NCBI RefSeq assembly: GCF_038025025.1
Contig: NW_027117339.1
Coordinates: forward strand, 496,001-560,000
Reading direction: 5' to 3'
Source: Phyllosticta citribraziliensis
Lineage: Eukaryota
Length of the DNA: 64,000 nt
Each line of letters begins with the position of its first letter. The first letter of the stretch is position 1. The position numbers and the translations under genes were made by a program. Under the pieces are notes generated by a model. That model was not told where the DNA came from. It saw only the letters and a program-made list of their open reading frames with translations, and did not search any database. Below are positions 1-13,403 of the stretch, in pieces.

Positions 1-1835
1 TCCATCTCCCACTTGTCAATCTCGGCAAACTTCTGTGCCACCTTTGTCAGTTCTTGTCCGACATCACCGCCCTCATCACTGTTGTTCCGCCGATCCGCGT
101 CTTGGCCATCGGCGTTCTGATTTTCCTTGTCTGACGATACTCGAGAGCGCCCATACGTCATGCTCGGCCGGCCCGCTCCACGCTGCCTTTGTGCCGCTGC
201 GTCGTTGTTTGCCTTCCCCTTTCGCCTTGTGGAGTCTGCTGGCTGCTTTCCCTTGCCCCTGGCAGTCGATTTGCCTCGTTGACGCGGCGGGGGGTCGTGC
301 AGAAGCTCATCTTCGTCTGAGCTTAGCTCCTGGACTTCGACATTATCCTGGCGATTTGTATTGACATCGTTCGACTCTGAGCTTGGGATTTCAAACGGGT
401 CTTCAGTATTGCCGCGATTTCGTTGGGCTCTACGGCGGCGAGGAAGGAGAGATGCGAGGGCTGAGGTGGTGAGAGCTCGTTGGTTGTTGGATTTGGATTT
501 AGGTTTGGACGATTTGCTTCTTGTTGTGCGCTTGCGAGTGCGGACTGTGGTTTCAATGTCGTTGTCACTGTCTGATGACGAAGAATCCGGATCGTCCTGT
601 GTAGCTTTGACGCGCTGAGGTTGTCTACGAGAGCGACGGTTGGGTATAGCTTCTGGGCGATCTTCAGGATTCTCTCTATGAGATACAGAGCTTGTCGACT
701 TGGGTGGAGCTTGGGTTTCGCTGTAGATTTCCGGCGTTGCTTCCCGGAGAGGTTCGTCTTCGTGGCCGGGGGCTTGTTCCTGGGTATCCGGGACGCGCTC
801 TGGCAGCTCGTCGGGCTCACTGTACAAGTGCTCTGAGCTTGAGTCGCTCTCCATCAGGTAGGTTTGGGACAGCACTGGTGGGGAGGACGCAGGCACCTGA
901 ACCTCAGACGTTTCATTCTGCTCAAAATCCAGCTCTTGGAATTTGCGTTTTCTTGAACTGCCCGTCCTTGCCTCACTGCTCTGTCCCTGGCTCTTCCGGC
1001 TCTTTTGCAAATGAAGCGGTGTGGATTCATGGTCTGGCTCAAAATCTCCGAGGCTGTAGTTGAGCGTGAGGTCCTCCGTGTCATCGTCATCGTTGTCGTT
1101 GTTCTCGACGTCGCTTGTCGCCCCAACCATTCGCAGGATGCTGGGCTGGCGCGGTCTACGCTTGAATTTGGAGAGCGCAAGTACCGAGTTCTCAGCCATT
1201 GGCGTGCCCTGCGCCTTGACCGCGGACGAAGGCACCACTTGGCGTTGTCTACCACGCGGGGGAGAGACTGGCGCGACCGCAGGCGACGATTCTTCGGTCT
1301 GGCCAACTCGCTGGACAGGACCGGGAGCTGGAGATTCCACAGCAACTGAGTCGTCTGTTGACGCGCCACTTGTCCGCTTCTTCTTCCTCGCTGCAAGAGC
1401 AGCAGCGGCGCTAATCGGCGCGCTAGGTTTTTCACCAGTCTTCTTCACTTGCTCCTCTGCCATTCGTCTCTTCAGTGCTTCTAGTGCCTGCGTCTGAGTG
1501 TCGTTGCGCACAACCTTCCTCCCGAGTCTCCCTCTTGGCCGCGCAGGCGCCGGCGTCTTTTGCGCGGGGGGCGATGTCTTATGAGCTGGCGCATACTCTA
1601 TTCCCAACGCGCCTGTCATTGTGAAATCCAACTCCTCCTCCTGACCGCGAGCTGTCCTGCCGTTGCGCGCGGCAGCTCGGACGCGGCGCGCATCACCATC
1701 ACTGGCGCCGTCAATTTGAGCGACGCTATGACGCGCATGAGTGCCAGAGCGCTTGTCGGTGGTGGAAGTCGCGTCAGAAGCAGTTGTGGCGCGCGAGTTG
1801 CGGGTTTGCGCTGCGCGTGTGCGCTTGGGTGGCAT
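1..1835 (-). CDS. Sororin-domain (Sor1-like) cohesion regulator, low-complexity protein; 3' end runs off the window
   Basis: ATG at 1835 (MPPKRTRAAQ...). The same frame gives ENSVLALSKFKRRPRQPSILRMVG and DFEPDHESTPL, and at the window edge ELTKVAQKFAEIDKWEM(D/E), which resembles the Sororin C-terminal motif. The ORF track lists no ORF ending in this frame, consistent with it staying open to the edge. Confidence 0.7.
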   Translation of the reverse strand, partial: MPPKRTRAAQTRNSRATTASDATSTTDKRSGTHARHSVAQIDGASDGDARRVRAAARNGRTARGQEEELDFTMTGALGIEYAPAHKTSPPAQKTPAPARPRGRLGRKVVRNDTQTQALEALKRRMAEEQVKKTGEKPSAPISAAAALAARKKKRTSGASTDDSVAVESPAPGPVQRVGQTEESSPAVAPVSPPRGRQRQVVPSSAVKAQGTPMAENSVLALSKFKRRPRQPSILRMVGATSDVENNDNDDDDTEDLTLNYSLGDFEPDHESTPLHLQKSRKSQGQSSEARTGSSRKRKFQELDFEQNETSEVQVPASSPPVLSQTYLMESDSSSEHLYSEPDELPERVPDTQEQAPGHEDEPLREATPEIYSETQAPPKSTSSVSHRENPEDRPEAIPNRRSRRQPQRVKATQDDPDSSSSDSDNDIETTVRTRKRTTRSKSSKPKSKSNNQRALTTSALASLLPRRRRAQRNRGNTEDPFEIPSSESNDVNTNRQDNVEVQELSSDEDELLHDPPPRQRGKSTARGKGKQPADSTRRKGKANNDAAAQRQRGAGRPSMTYGRSRVSSDKENQNADGQDADRRNNSDEGGDVGQELTKVAQKFAEIDKWEM

Positions 1836-2186
1836 TTCTGCAAGTGATGCGAGCGCGTTGCTCAAAGGTGTATGCGAAAAAAAATCCGAAATGCTATCGG
1901 GCTAGTCGTTTGGTGGAATTGGGATGCGGTCGTGCAAGGTGGCGGAGGTGGTAGGATGCGGTTGAGGTTGAGGTAGCGTTGTTGTGATGGTTGACGCGCA
2001 CAAAGGACGAGCTCGGATTCGCCAACCTAACGCCCGTCACGTGTCAAATACAACACGAGCTCTGATTGGTCGAAACAAATACATTGACGCTTTGATACCA
2101 ATGGGACGAGTATCATGCAACTTTCGCATCCGATTTGAATGCAACTATAGAATGCTCCTGAAAACGCTGCTGACGAGAAACGCACC

Positions 2187-4449
2187 CTACTTCTCCCCAA
2201 ACAAGTCCTTCTCGACCATCGCCCTGCAAATCGGATGGTAAAAGTCCTTATTCCGCTCAAAGGTCTGCACCGCCAACTCCCTGTCGGCCTCGTTGAGTCC
2301 CCTATACAGCGGTCTCACAAACTTCATACGGCCCACGCGTCCCAGCAGGTCCGAGGTCGGCTGATACACGCTCTGGGCGCGCGCCTTCAGGCCAATGACA
2401 AAGTAGCGGCTGACGAGCTCAACGTTCTGGCTGCGGGAAAAGGCGTACTTTTCGCCCATGAGATCCACAAGATGGATGGGAAGCGGCTTGTCCCACGTTT
2501 GGATCTTCTCAAGAAACACGACGCATTGGTTGCCCGTCCAGGACGCAATGTCGTCGGCGTTAGGGGTGAAGTCGGGGCTGGAGCCCGAAGCGAGCGCGTG
2601 CCAGCGGTCGGCAAGATCGTAGCAGACGCGGACGAGGGAGTCGTCGAAGTCAGGCTTGGGCGGGTAGCCGGGGGCGTAGAACCACTTGTCCCAGTCGAGA
2701 CTGGCGAGCTTCTTGCTGGCATCGGCGTCTGAGGAGAAGAAGTCGAGGAGCGTGCTCTTAAAGTCGTACGAGTCCAGCGACTTGAACTTGTAGGTTTTGA
2801 AGTACTGCAAATCGTTAGCTTCCTGTCAAATGAGGGATGATGGAACTTGCGTGAGGAATGAACTTGTCCCACTTCTCCTTGCCCACAAGCTTCTCGAGGT
2901 AGTAGAGGAACACGAAGCCCTTCTCGTAGGGAACCGAGGAGAAGGCATCATCAGGATCCTTGCCCTTCAAGTCAACGACTAGCTTTGTGAACTCGTGCTC
3001 GGTGCCCATCCTTTCAACCGAATCCTGCAGCGCCTTCCAACCGATAATGGCAGAAAAGTCGCGGTGCGCTTCTCCATGGACAGCGGCTTGGATTCGTCGC
3101 TCGAGATAGACTGTCCAACCCTCGTTCAGCCAAAAGTGCTCCCAGCTGGCGTTGCTAACCAGGTTGCCACTCCAGCTGTGAGCCAACTCGTGTGCAATGA
3201 CATCAATGTTTTGCTTGTCTCCACTGATGATCGTGGGAGTAGCAAATGTGTAGATGGGATTCTCCATGCCACCGTACGGGAAGGAGCCTGGCAAAACAAG
3301 GACATTGTAAGTCGTCCATGCATAGTCATAGACGATCTTCTCGGCGGCCTCGAGAAACTTTTCCATGTCATTCTCCAGCTCCCACTTGCAACCACCAAGC
3401 TCCTCAGGACCAGTCCAAACGGTGCTTCGAGGGCCAATGGAGGCGCTAGCAAGATCTCCAGCAGCAACTGCAAAGAGATAGCTGGGAATGGGGATTTCCT
3501 GCTTGAACGTGTACAGCATAGTGGCAGGGGATCCCTGCTGAGCGTGCTGGAATTCCTTGGTACCCGTAGGCAAACCGCTGGCAAGAACAGGGAGAGGCGA
3601 GCGAATGTTGAAGTCCACCGTCGACTTGACGTCGGGAGTGTCCTGGCAGGGGAAGATGGACCTGGCGTGGATAGCTTGACACTGCGAGAACATGTACGGG
3701 TGCTTCTTGTTCGATGTTTGCTCCGGCGTCAACCATTGCAGAGCGGTGCATTCCTCGGTCGTGCTTAGAGCAATGTCGACTTCGACCTGCTTGTTCTTTT
3801 CGACGCCCTTGTTGAGCTTGATGGAAAGCGGGCTACCGTAAGGCTCGGTGCGGGCTGCGATGTCCCACTTGGCCTTTTCTCCGTCAACTTTGACATCTTG
3901 GACGTCAATGAAGCTGTGTCAGGGTTAGAATCATGGCGAACAAATCTCAAGTACAACAGATGCTTGCTACTCAAGAGCGATGGGAAGTTGAGATTACCTT
4001 GTATCCAATACAATCTCCTGAGACTCCCCATTCGTCAGGCTCTTCAAATGCAACACGACATTACCAAACAACCTCTTCTTAGCGAAATCAATCTCCAGAT
4101 TCGCAATAGTATGCGTAGTTATGAAGCTAGTTTCTCAATAAGCATTTGATCAATACTCACTCAGAACCCAACGTAGAAAAGGCAATCTCAATCAAGAGAC
4201 TCACTTGTGGTAGTTTGCCAACGTGTTCGGATCCCTCACTTTCCCCACCGTGATGCCCTCAAGGCCGTTCTTGCTTTCGGTGACCATTGCTGCAGGAGAC
4301 TTGCTTTGGCTACTTGAAGAGGATGTCGAAAAAGATTTGAGAGATGCAGAAGTGCTCCGCGGTTGCTGAGTGGTGGCAGGGCTAGATGGTCGTGATGCTG
4401 GCTTGAAGAAGCGGATGCGAGGAAGGATGGAGGTGCGAAACCGGTGCAT
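2187..4449 (-). CDS. LAP2: Leukotriene A4 hydrolase / M1 zinc aminopeptidase, 4 exons
   Basis: GGMEN and HELAHSW...WLNEG M1 motifs, YEKGF, C-terminal GRMKFVRPLY, N-terminal RDPNTLANY. Introns at approx 4127-4204, 3919-3997 and 2806-2850. Second in-frame ATG at 4287. Confidence 0.93.
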
Positions 4450-5000
4450 TGACTCCACTGCCCTTGTAGAGTCGCTTACTTAGACAACGAAGTGGCACAG
4501 CAAGACAAGTACTCTCAAATCGCTTGCAGGGAGACTCAAGTGCGCTTTGTTGTGACTGGCAGCGTGTTGCGTCTGCAGCTGTGACCAGTGGAGGTAAACG
4601 ATAGCGGGCCGGGGCAAGACGTCCTCTGATTGGTCAGCGTGTACGGGCACCTCCGCTGGTGGCAGCCCTCAACACCCTCACGTGAGACGACGAGAGGAGA
4701 TTCCGGTTTTCTTCTAGGCAAAGGTCAATTGAAGATGATTTACTTCACCGAGAAAATAAACAAATACCACAGATCCAGAACGGAGGAGATCAGTCCAAGA
4801 AGTCTCAAAATTACTATTTACATCCACAGTCTTCTTCTGCTGGACCCGCCGTTCTATCCCATGCAAGGGTTTCCTTTGACATCGAACAATGCTTTGCGCA
4901 CCGAAGACGCTTCTAACATGTTTCGAAACCAACGTTGCTCCTCACGATTCGCTAGAGCCCCTTTGTCCAAGATGATCCCAAGAAGTTGCGGAAACGACGT

Positions 5001-6819
5001 CTACATTTCCTCTTGAAGAGTACTAACCTGGTACCACAGAGCCTCGGCGTTGGCCTGCTTCATCTACGACATGGTCAGAAAATCCGGGGCGTAAAGTCGG
5101 AAAACATCAGACAAACCTTGACCTGAAGAAGCTCGATTCCATTTCCTTCCAGGGTACCCATGAAGAAGACGTACCCGTTGGTAGGCTTGCTACCGTTGGG
5201 GATGCCACCAAACTTGAGCTCTTTCTGGATCGGGGAATTCAACACAACGCGATGAGATCCGTCGGCACGCATAACGAAACGAGCCTTCTTTGGGACCTTG
5301 GCCTCTTGATCCGCACGGGATTGCTTCCAGACGTTCAGCTTCAGGTTGCCGATTCCCCGCTCCTTCCACTCCTTCTTGTCGTCGTTCACCGTGACGAAGT
5401 TGAAAAGCTTGGCGCGGCAGCTGAAAACGGTCTCCTCATTTTCCTCTCCAGTTTTGACTTGATGTGGTTGTGAGATTGCTGTTCCGTGGTCCTTCTGCTT
5501 TGGCGACTTACCGTCTTGCTCGAAAAATCTTTCGTCCTTCGGTTCTTCCTCAGAGGTATTGAGAACCTTGTCCTTTTCCGCAGAGCTCTCGTTCTCTGAG
5601 TGTGCTTCATCGTCGCCCTCTCCAGGAGCGCCAAAAGCTTTGGGTTTCTCGCTCAGGCCAACGATCTTGGGACCACTGCCGCCGCCAAAGCCACTCAGCT
5701 TTGGTCCACCCAGAGTGCCAAAAGCTGAGGCAGCAGGTGCGGCAGATCCGAAAGCTGACTTGCCTTCCGAGGACAAGCCACCAAAGGCAGAAGCAGTGCC
5801 ACCCGATAGCCCTGTAATGGAGGGTTTGGCAGGAGATACGCCTCCACCAAAGACAGTCGATGTCGGCTTGGTAGTGGCACCCAGAGCGCCGAATCCTGAG
5901 GTAGAAGATGAAGCCAAGGCACCAAATCCAGATGCCTTGAAGGCACTTTCAGAGGTTTGAGGTTGCGGGGAGGATGTCGACGACTTGCTTGCGGCCAGCG
6001 CGGCAAAAGGGGATGTAGCGGATGTGTTGGAGAAACCGCTCGATTTGGAAATCTGAACATATCAGCGTTCAAATTCTTCTTGATTTCTCGCAGTACTTTT
6101 CCAATGTTACTTACATCAGTCTCAACCTTCTTTTGTGGCTCTGAGTGTTTGGGAACGTCGGCCTCAGGACTGTTGCTCTCGCGATGCTTCTTCAACTTTG
6201 GCTGCTCATCAGCCATAACTTTGTCCTTGGGTTCTTTCTCTGGAGGAACGACAGAGACCTTGGACTGCTCGTCCTCGAATTCCTCACGATTGCGCTTTCC
6301 CTTGGGACTCATAAGGGGCTTCCGGTCCGAGTTTTCAGAGGAGCTGGGGGTTCTGGAGTTCATCTCAGCTCCGTTCGATTCCGTCGTGGTTTCGTCCTTT
6401 TCGCCTGATGTCTTCCTGCGCTGAACCTCGGGTTTGTCAACTACGTTTGAGTCGCGTGAGCGTTTCCGGCTTGGCTTTTCGACCTTTAAGTCCCTAGACT
6501 CCTCACCAATGTCATCGAAGCTCCTCTTCCTGCGATTGCGGCCTCTACGGTCTCCGTCGGAATCGTTGGGCGACTCGGATGGGGCGTCCTTGGAGGGTTG
6601 CTGAGGTTCTGTCATGGGCTCATCGGTATCCGTCGATCGCGCTGGAGGTGCGGTGATGGTGGTGGTTCTCAGTTTTTCTCGAACAGGGCGCTCGGAGCCT
6701 TCATTGTCGCTGTTGACTGCGGGAGTCTCGCCTGTCGTGATGGGAGATGGCTTCCCCTCCGCAGCAGGCGGGTTGTCGTGGTCCTCTGACGGACGCGCCG
6801 TTTCTGCCTTTGTCACCAT
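5001..6819 (-). CDS. RanBD1-domain, FG-like nucleoporin (Yrb2/Nup2/NUP56-like), spliced
   Basis: Charged N-terminus, repeated GFG/AFG motifs, RanBP1 domain (TGEENEETVFSCRAKLF...EWKERGIGNLKLN...RFVMRADGSHRVVLN). Last exon MKQANAEALWYQVSTLQEEM* has its stop at 5001-5003. Confidence 0.8.
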
Positions 6820-6922
6820 GGTGTTGACTGTTTCCTAGTCGATGAATGGTCGACGAATGAATTCTACGTCTAGAGTTGATCTGCAGTCAAAATGGATGCT
6901 TTTCGAGCCGTTCCCGTGGGTG

Positions 6923-6943
6923 CGGCGGCGGCGGCGGCGGCGG
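6923..6943. repeat. (CGG)7 microsatellite upstream of the nucleoporin ATG
   Basis: Seen directly in the sequence. Confidence 0.9.
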
Positions 6944-7820
6944 CGCAAACGAGAGAGGTGGCGGAGAATGGCGCAAAGTCCTGGCGTCGACGCGTTAGAC
7001 AGCGATATCCTGACAGAGAAAGACAGTTTACGTCTCCAGCCGTCGCGGGGGTGTAGCCACGGTGGTGGGAGAGAGGCTCACTTGGAAAAGCAGGTGACGA
7101 AGCCGCGGATAGCCCATGCGATAAGATCTGCAATCAATAATGTGGGGATCGGGTGCGTCTGTCCGAGAGCTTGGGACGACCAAAAGAAAACCGAAAGGCG
7201 CTCAGGGTCTGGCACCAGGCGGCCTGTTCAGAGCGCGCAGTCGGATTTGCGGTAGAGTGAGGCGTAGGGAGCGTCGCCGGGGCGGTGTTTGGAAGGACTT
7301 GGAGCCAGCGACGGCGACGAGGGTCAATTTCAAGAGGCGCACAGTCGAGTCGGCAAGGTCAAGTAGCACAGGACCGAAAAGACGTGTCGGAGAAACGCCA
7401 ACTCAGAGATCAAAGCCGTGGCGGCAGTGGAGGATGAGAGTGTGTTGTGTCACAGAGCTGGCGGTGGGGTCGATGTTACTCGACCGGGGGACCGCCTCTT
7501 GAGCGAGCCGCCGTACCGCACACCACGGGCTCTGCCAATGGCTACCAGTCGGTCATCGCACACATGTATATTCCAGTATCTACCCGCATATCGGATTCGC
7601 ATTTGTCGATTGGTTTTCCGCACCGCGTGGCGCCAGCGCAGTTTGCCTGCAGCTCTACCCAGCTCAGTACAGAATCCCCATGGCCATTACCTGCCATTTC
7701 CCAATGCACCCCTACCCCGGCCAGTGGTCCCCAATCCTCAGCTCAAGAGTCCTGCTCCTCAAACAACGTAGGGTATTTATAGTACAGCTCGCGTAACAAA
7801 CAACAGAAATTCTAAGCCCA

Positions 7821-8808
7821 TCAGCTAATAAAACACAAGCAGCCGAGACTGACGTAGAAGACGAAGAGCGGGTACACAGCTATTCCCACGCGGTTTCGCA
7901 CCACGCCAGAGCCTCCAAGAATACTGATGCCGGCTGCCAGCGACCATACCACTAGAACAATGTAGACTGGTATGCGAATGATGACGGGCGCGTGGAAAGC
8001 GCTCAAAATGGAGGCGATGACGAGCGGGAAGAGCGTGTAGCCGATGATGCAGACGGACTGCAAGAAGGAGCTAGAGAAGGTCAGAAGTGCCGCTGGCTAG
8101 AGAGTTTGTGTACGCACATGCTGCCACCCAGGAGCTTGATCTGCAAAGTCACGGCAGCCTCTCCTAACCAGACCATGGCGAAAACACCAGAGAACACCAG
8201 GGACTTTTGTTCGTCGCGGGCGGGCCGAGAGAGGAAGAAGCTGAGCAGGAGACAAAAGACCAAGGGGCCCCAAAGGTCCCAGTCGCGGAGACCCTCACTC
8301 AAACTGCCGTGCAGCACAGCGTCGGCATCTGGCCAGCGCCCCAAGACGTTTCGCACACCGTTGGCTGGTGCACCGGCCTCCCCTCGCTCTTCAACCCCCA
8401 TGCCGCTGCCTTGTTGCAACATGCCGCCCAAGAGGTACTTGGGCCACAGAACCTGCTTCATCTTGTCCCATACTGCAACCAAGTCTCTCGACAGCGTCTG
8501 CCATACTGATTCGTCGATGGTGTTGGTAGGAGCGCGGCGGTCTTCGCCAGGGATGCTGGAGGTGAGGTAGGATTGCGTGTTTTGGCTGGATTGGGATTGG
8601 ATATTGCCAGTCAGAGGAGCGCGGTCAGATGTGGATTGGATAGGGTCGTCGAGATCGTCGAGAGTGGCTGTAGAGCAATTGAGCTAGCTTTCGACCATGT
8701 TTCCGGATGCGGATACCCACCATCGTCAGGGTCTATCATGTGGTCGCGCTCGACAGCATCATTGTCGAAGTTGTCGTAAGGGTTAGCTGAGGCGTGAGGA
8801 GCCGCCAT
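7821..8808 (-). CDS. Yip1-family Golgi membrane protein (Yip4/YIPF6-like), spliced
   Basis: LRDWDLWGPLVFCLLLS, VTLQIKLLGG and QSVCIIGYTLFPL motifs across ORFs 8611-8808, 8081-8482 and 7821-8063. Confidence 0.88.
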
Positions 8809-9472
8809 GGTGGCCTTTTTGGACAGTCAAGGGGAGTTATGACAGGTGAAATGGAAACGCGCAACCAAGGTGCTTCAGCACACGTAACTGTCGGGCTGAT
8901 CGGGACGAGGAAGCTGCCAAGGCCGATGCCGCGGCGGAACGATTGGCCGGGCGGAGCGGAACACCGAGCGGAACTCACCCAACCTCAAAAGCTTGGCGTA
9001 CATCCGGGGGAGGGGGTGGAGCCGGGCGGTTGGGCTGCCCCTCGCACGTCATGACGGAAGCAGCACTGAGGTGGGCTGGGCTGCAGCTCTACTGGAGCTT
9101 GAGGTGGATTTTGGGTTGCCTGGGTCTGTTTGTCCCGTTTGCTCCCAAGAATGCAACACCACTCCAAAAGCAGCACGGTCTCAATGCGCAGGATGTCAAT
9201 TGACCAGCGGCCTGCTCCTTTCGTCCTGTTTGTCCGCTCTGCAACTCGGCCGTCCAATCAACCCCGCACCCCGTCCGAGTCCCGCCGATCACGCGGTGCT
9301 AGTGGCTTTTCGATGCGATTCAACGGCCTTCGTACGCCTCTTCCCCATAATTGTCTGACCATATAAACCCCACGGCACCGGGGCATCCTCTCTCTACGCG
9401 AGTCTCGCCCTTCTTTACGTCTTCATCGCCGATATCAAGCCCGCCACGCTCTCAGCGGTCACAGTTCGCGCA

Positions 9473-10685
<1,213 letters not shown>

Positions 10686-10867
10686 AACGCTGTTCGAACA
10701 ATTTTGGGTAGACAACGTTGCCATAGATTCCGTCAAGACTTGCCATCATGAGCGTCTAGACTCGTAAGAGCCTCCAACTTGTATGTCCTAGCGACAAAAT
10801 ATGTACAATCGAAGTGGAATTTGTCCCCTGCAATCTTTCCCGCATGTTATCCCTCAAGCCCTCAGCT

Positions 10868-11370
10868 TCAAGCCCTTACGTATTCGCCATACTGGACCAA
10901 CATCCAAACCGTTGTCGACACACTAACGATGACCGGCGCCGCCAAGCCCTTATTCCACTTCACACTGCCAAACAGCAGCCACTCGCTGCCAAAATGCCAC
11001 ATGGCCACAACATTGGTTATGAGCGCCAATTGATACCAGCTGGCTTCGTGGACGTGGTAGCTGGCATACAGGCGCACAAGACCCTGCAGCAGCGTCCAGG
11101 TGCCAAACGTGCGCGAGTGCAGCGGCGTCGTGAGAGACGGGTGTGCGGCGCCGGGCGGCGGCTTAACGCGCGCGTCGGGCGACAGGTAGACTTGCGCGGT
11201 GAAGTGGAGCGTACGGTAGGCTTGGACTAGATTGCCGACGGCTGTGATGCCTATCTGAGAGGCGTGGGTTAGCGGTGGAGGGTGAAACGGGCGCGGGAGG
11301 TCTGTACGAAGAAGAGCCATTTGGGGAGGAGGCCTTCGGCTTGTGGGAGGTAGGAGAGAAGGGAGGACAT
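10868..11370 (-). CDS. ERG28: Ergosterol biosynthesis scaffold protein Erg28
   Basis: MSSLLSYLPQAEGLLPKWLFF, one intron, then VGNLVQAY...TPLHSRTFGTWT...HFGSEWLLF. Confidence 0.9.
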
Positions 11371-11789
11371 TGTCGTTTGTGTGCGATTGAGACGGTGTTG
11401 GCGATGCTGGCGAGGGTTGAGGAATGCGGATCAGGAACAGTGGAAAAGACGGACGCCTATAGGAAGCGTGTCGGGAGGAGAAGGTAAATGTGAGGCGGAA
11501 TACCTAGTCATGAGTGGTGAGAGCTTTCGGGTGGTCAAAGCTTCGTGGAGGTGAGCACGGAAGACGCAGACGGCACGATTTGGGTACTCTATTAGGGTTG
11601 ATTAGCATGTGAGGAGCTCGGGAAGCCTTAGATACGTCGAATGGAAAAGAATCCGAGTTGGAATTTTGTAACATTGCCAGTCTGAAGGTGCTGGCGTTCT
11701 CAGAGCTGGACCCTGGCCCGAAAAGTTCCCAACCTATCCCGGAGCTTCCAGGGCAGCATCTCTCAACACCTCCTCCACTGCAACCCGTC

Positions 11790-12832
11790 ATGGCCGCTCT
11801 CGACCACGTTCCGCAGCCTGCTGTCCTTGGCCTGGCTGCCATTGGCGCTGGCTATGCTCTCTTCAAGTTCGGCAGCTTCGTGCGGCTTCTGCTCAGTCTT
11901 TTCGTTCTGCCTGGCGCCTCTGTAAGCTGCTCAACAGCTTCCCCGCTGCCAATCCATCTAACCTCCCCCAAAAGCTCTCCAAGTTCGGCGACAAGGGCTC
12001 CTGGGCCGTCATTACCGGCGCCTCTGATGGCATTGGCAAAGAATATGCGCTCCAGCTAGCCCGCAAAGGCTTCAACGTCGTCCTAGTCTCCCGCACCGAG
12101 AGCAAGCTGCGCTCCCTGGCCGCCGAAATCGAGGCCACGCACAAAGTTCAGACTCGCATCCACGCAATGGACTTTGCGGCGAACAACGATGCAGACTTTA
12201 CTGCCCTCTCCCAGCTCATTGCCGACCTCGACGTAGCCATTCTCATCAACAACGTTGGTTTCTCGCACAGCATCCCCGTGCCTTTCCTGCAGACTCCCGC
12301 GGACGAGATGCGCGACATCATCAACATCAACTGCCTCGGAACACTCAAGGCCACTCGCGCCGTCGCCCCCAAGCTCGTCGCCCGCCGCCGCGGCCTCGTC
12401 CTCACCATGGCCTCCTTCGGTGGCGTCATGCCCACCCCGCTGCTGGCCACTTACTCGGGCAGCAAGGCCTTCTTGCAACACTGGTCGACGGCGCTGGGCG
12501 CTGAGCTTGCTCCCGCCGGCGTCACCGTCCAGCTCGTCCAGTCATATCTCGTCACTTCGGCCATGTCCAAGATTCGTCGTGCCAGTGCGACCATCCCGAC
12601 TCCCAAGGCGTTTGTCAAGGCGGCGTTGAGCAAGATTGGCCGTTCTGGTGGTGCGCAGGGCGTTGCTTATACCAGTACCCCTTTCTGGAGTCATGGTATT
12701 ATGCACTGGGCTATTGGCAGCTTTGTGGGCATCATGAACGGTGTGACGCTCAAGTTCAACCGAGACATGCACGAATCGATTAGGAAGAGGGCGCTGAGGA
12801 AGGCGGAGAGAGAGGGCAAGAAGGTTGCTTAA
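11790..12832 (+). CDS. IFA38: Very-long-chain 3-oxoacyl-CoA reductase (SDR)
   Basis: [37 protein letters not shown]-terminal TM helix; C-terminal KKxx-like end; one intron near 11922-11974. Confidence 0.92.
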
Positions 12833-13403
12833 GGAGCAAACCTCAGACATTCTGAATGGTGGAAGAGCATCCATCAGGTGTGATCTTTGTACTCGGCATC
12901 TGTCTTAAGACGAACCTGGAGTTGAGGTAGAGCCCAAGAATTTCGAGAAAGCAACGATTAATTCGGAAGGCTTCTAGTAAGTGAATGAAAATGTCACAAA
13001 GAAAACATGAGCATTCCGTCTGCCCTGGTGGTTGGTATCTCAGGAAATTAGTCGGTTGGGCAGGAAATGAAACAACACTGGTTTCGCAGACGAGTTGTAT
13101 GAGATTGTCGGATAAATTGCAGGCTGGGAGCAGAGACCACGGGCCGCGTAGCATGAATTTTTACACAAAGGACCAATCCGCGCGACAGGATGTGACGGCA
13201 AAGGAGGTTGTGATGGGAAACTCACGGCATGCCTACCGCATAGCATGGCTGGAGGCGGAGCAGCTGACTCTGACTAGCCGAAGTGGGAACGTGCCGTCCT
13301 GCCCCAGGTGCCGGGCTGCAGTGGGTTGCTTCCCACATGCTGAACGCCAACACCACCCATCGTCAACAAGATACCCCCTCGAGCTCCTAATCCCAGCCTC
13401 AAA

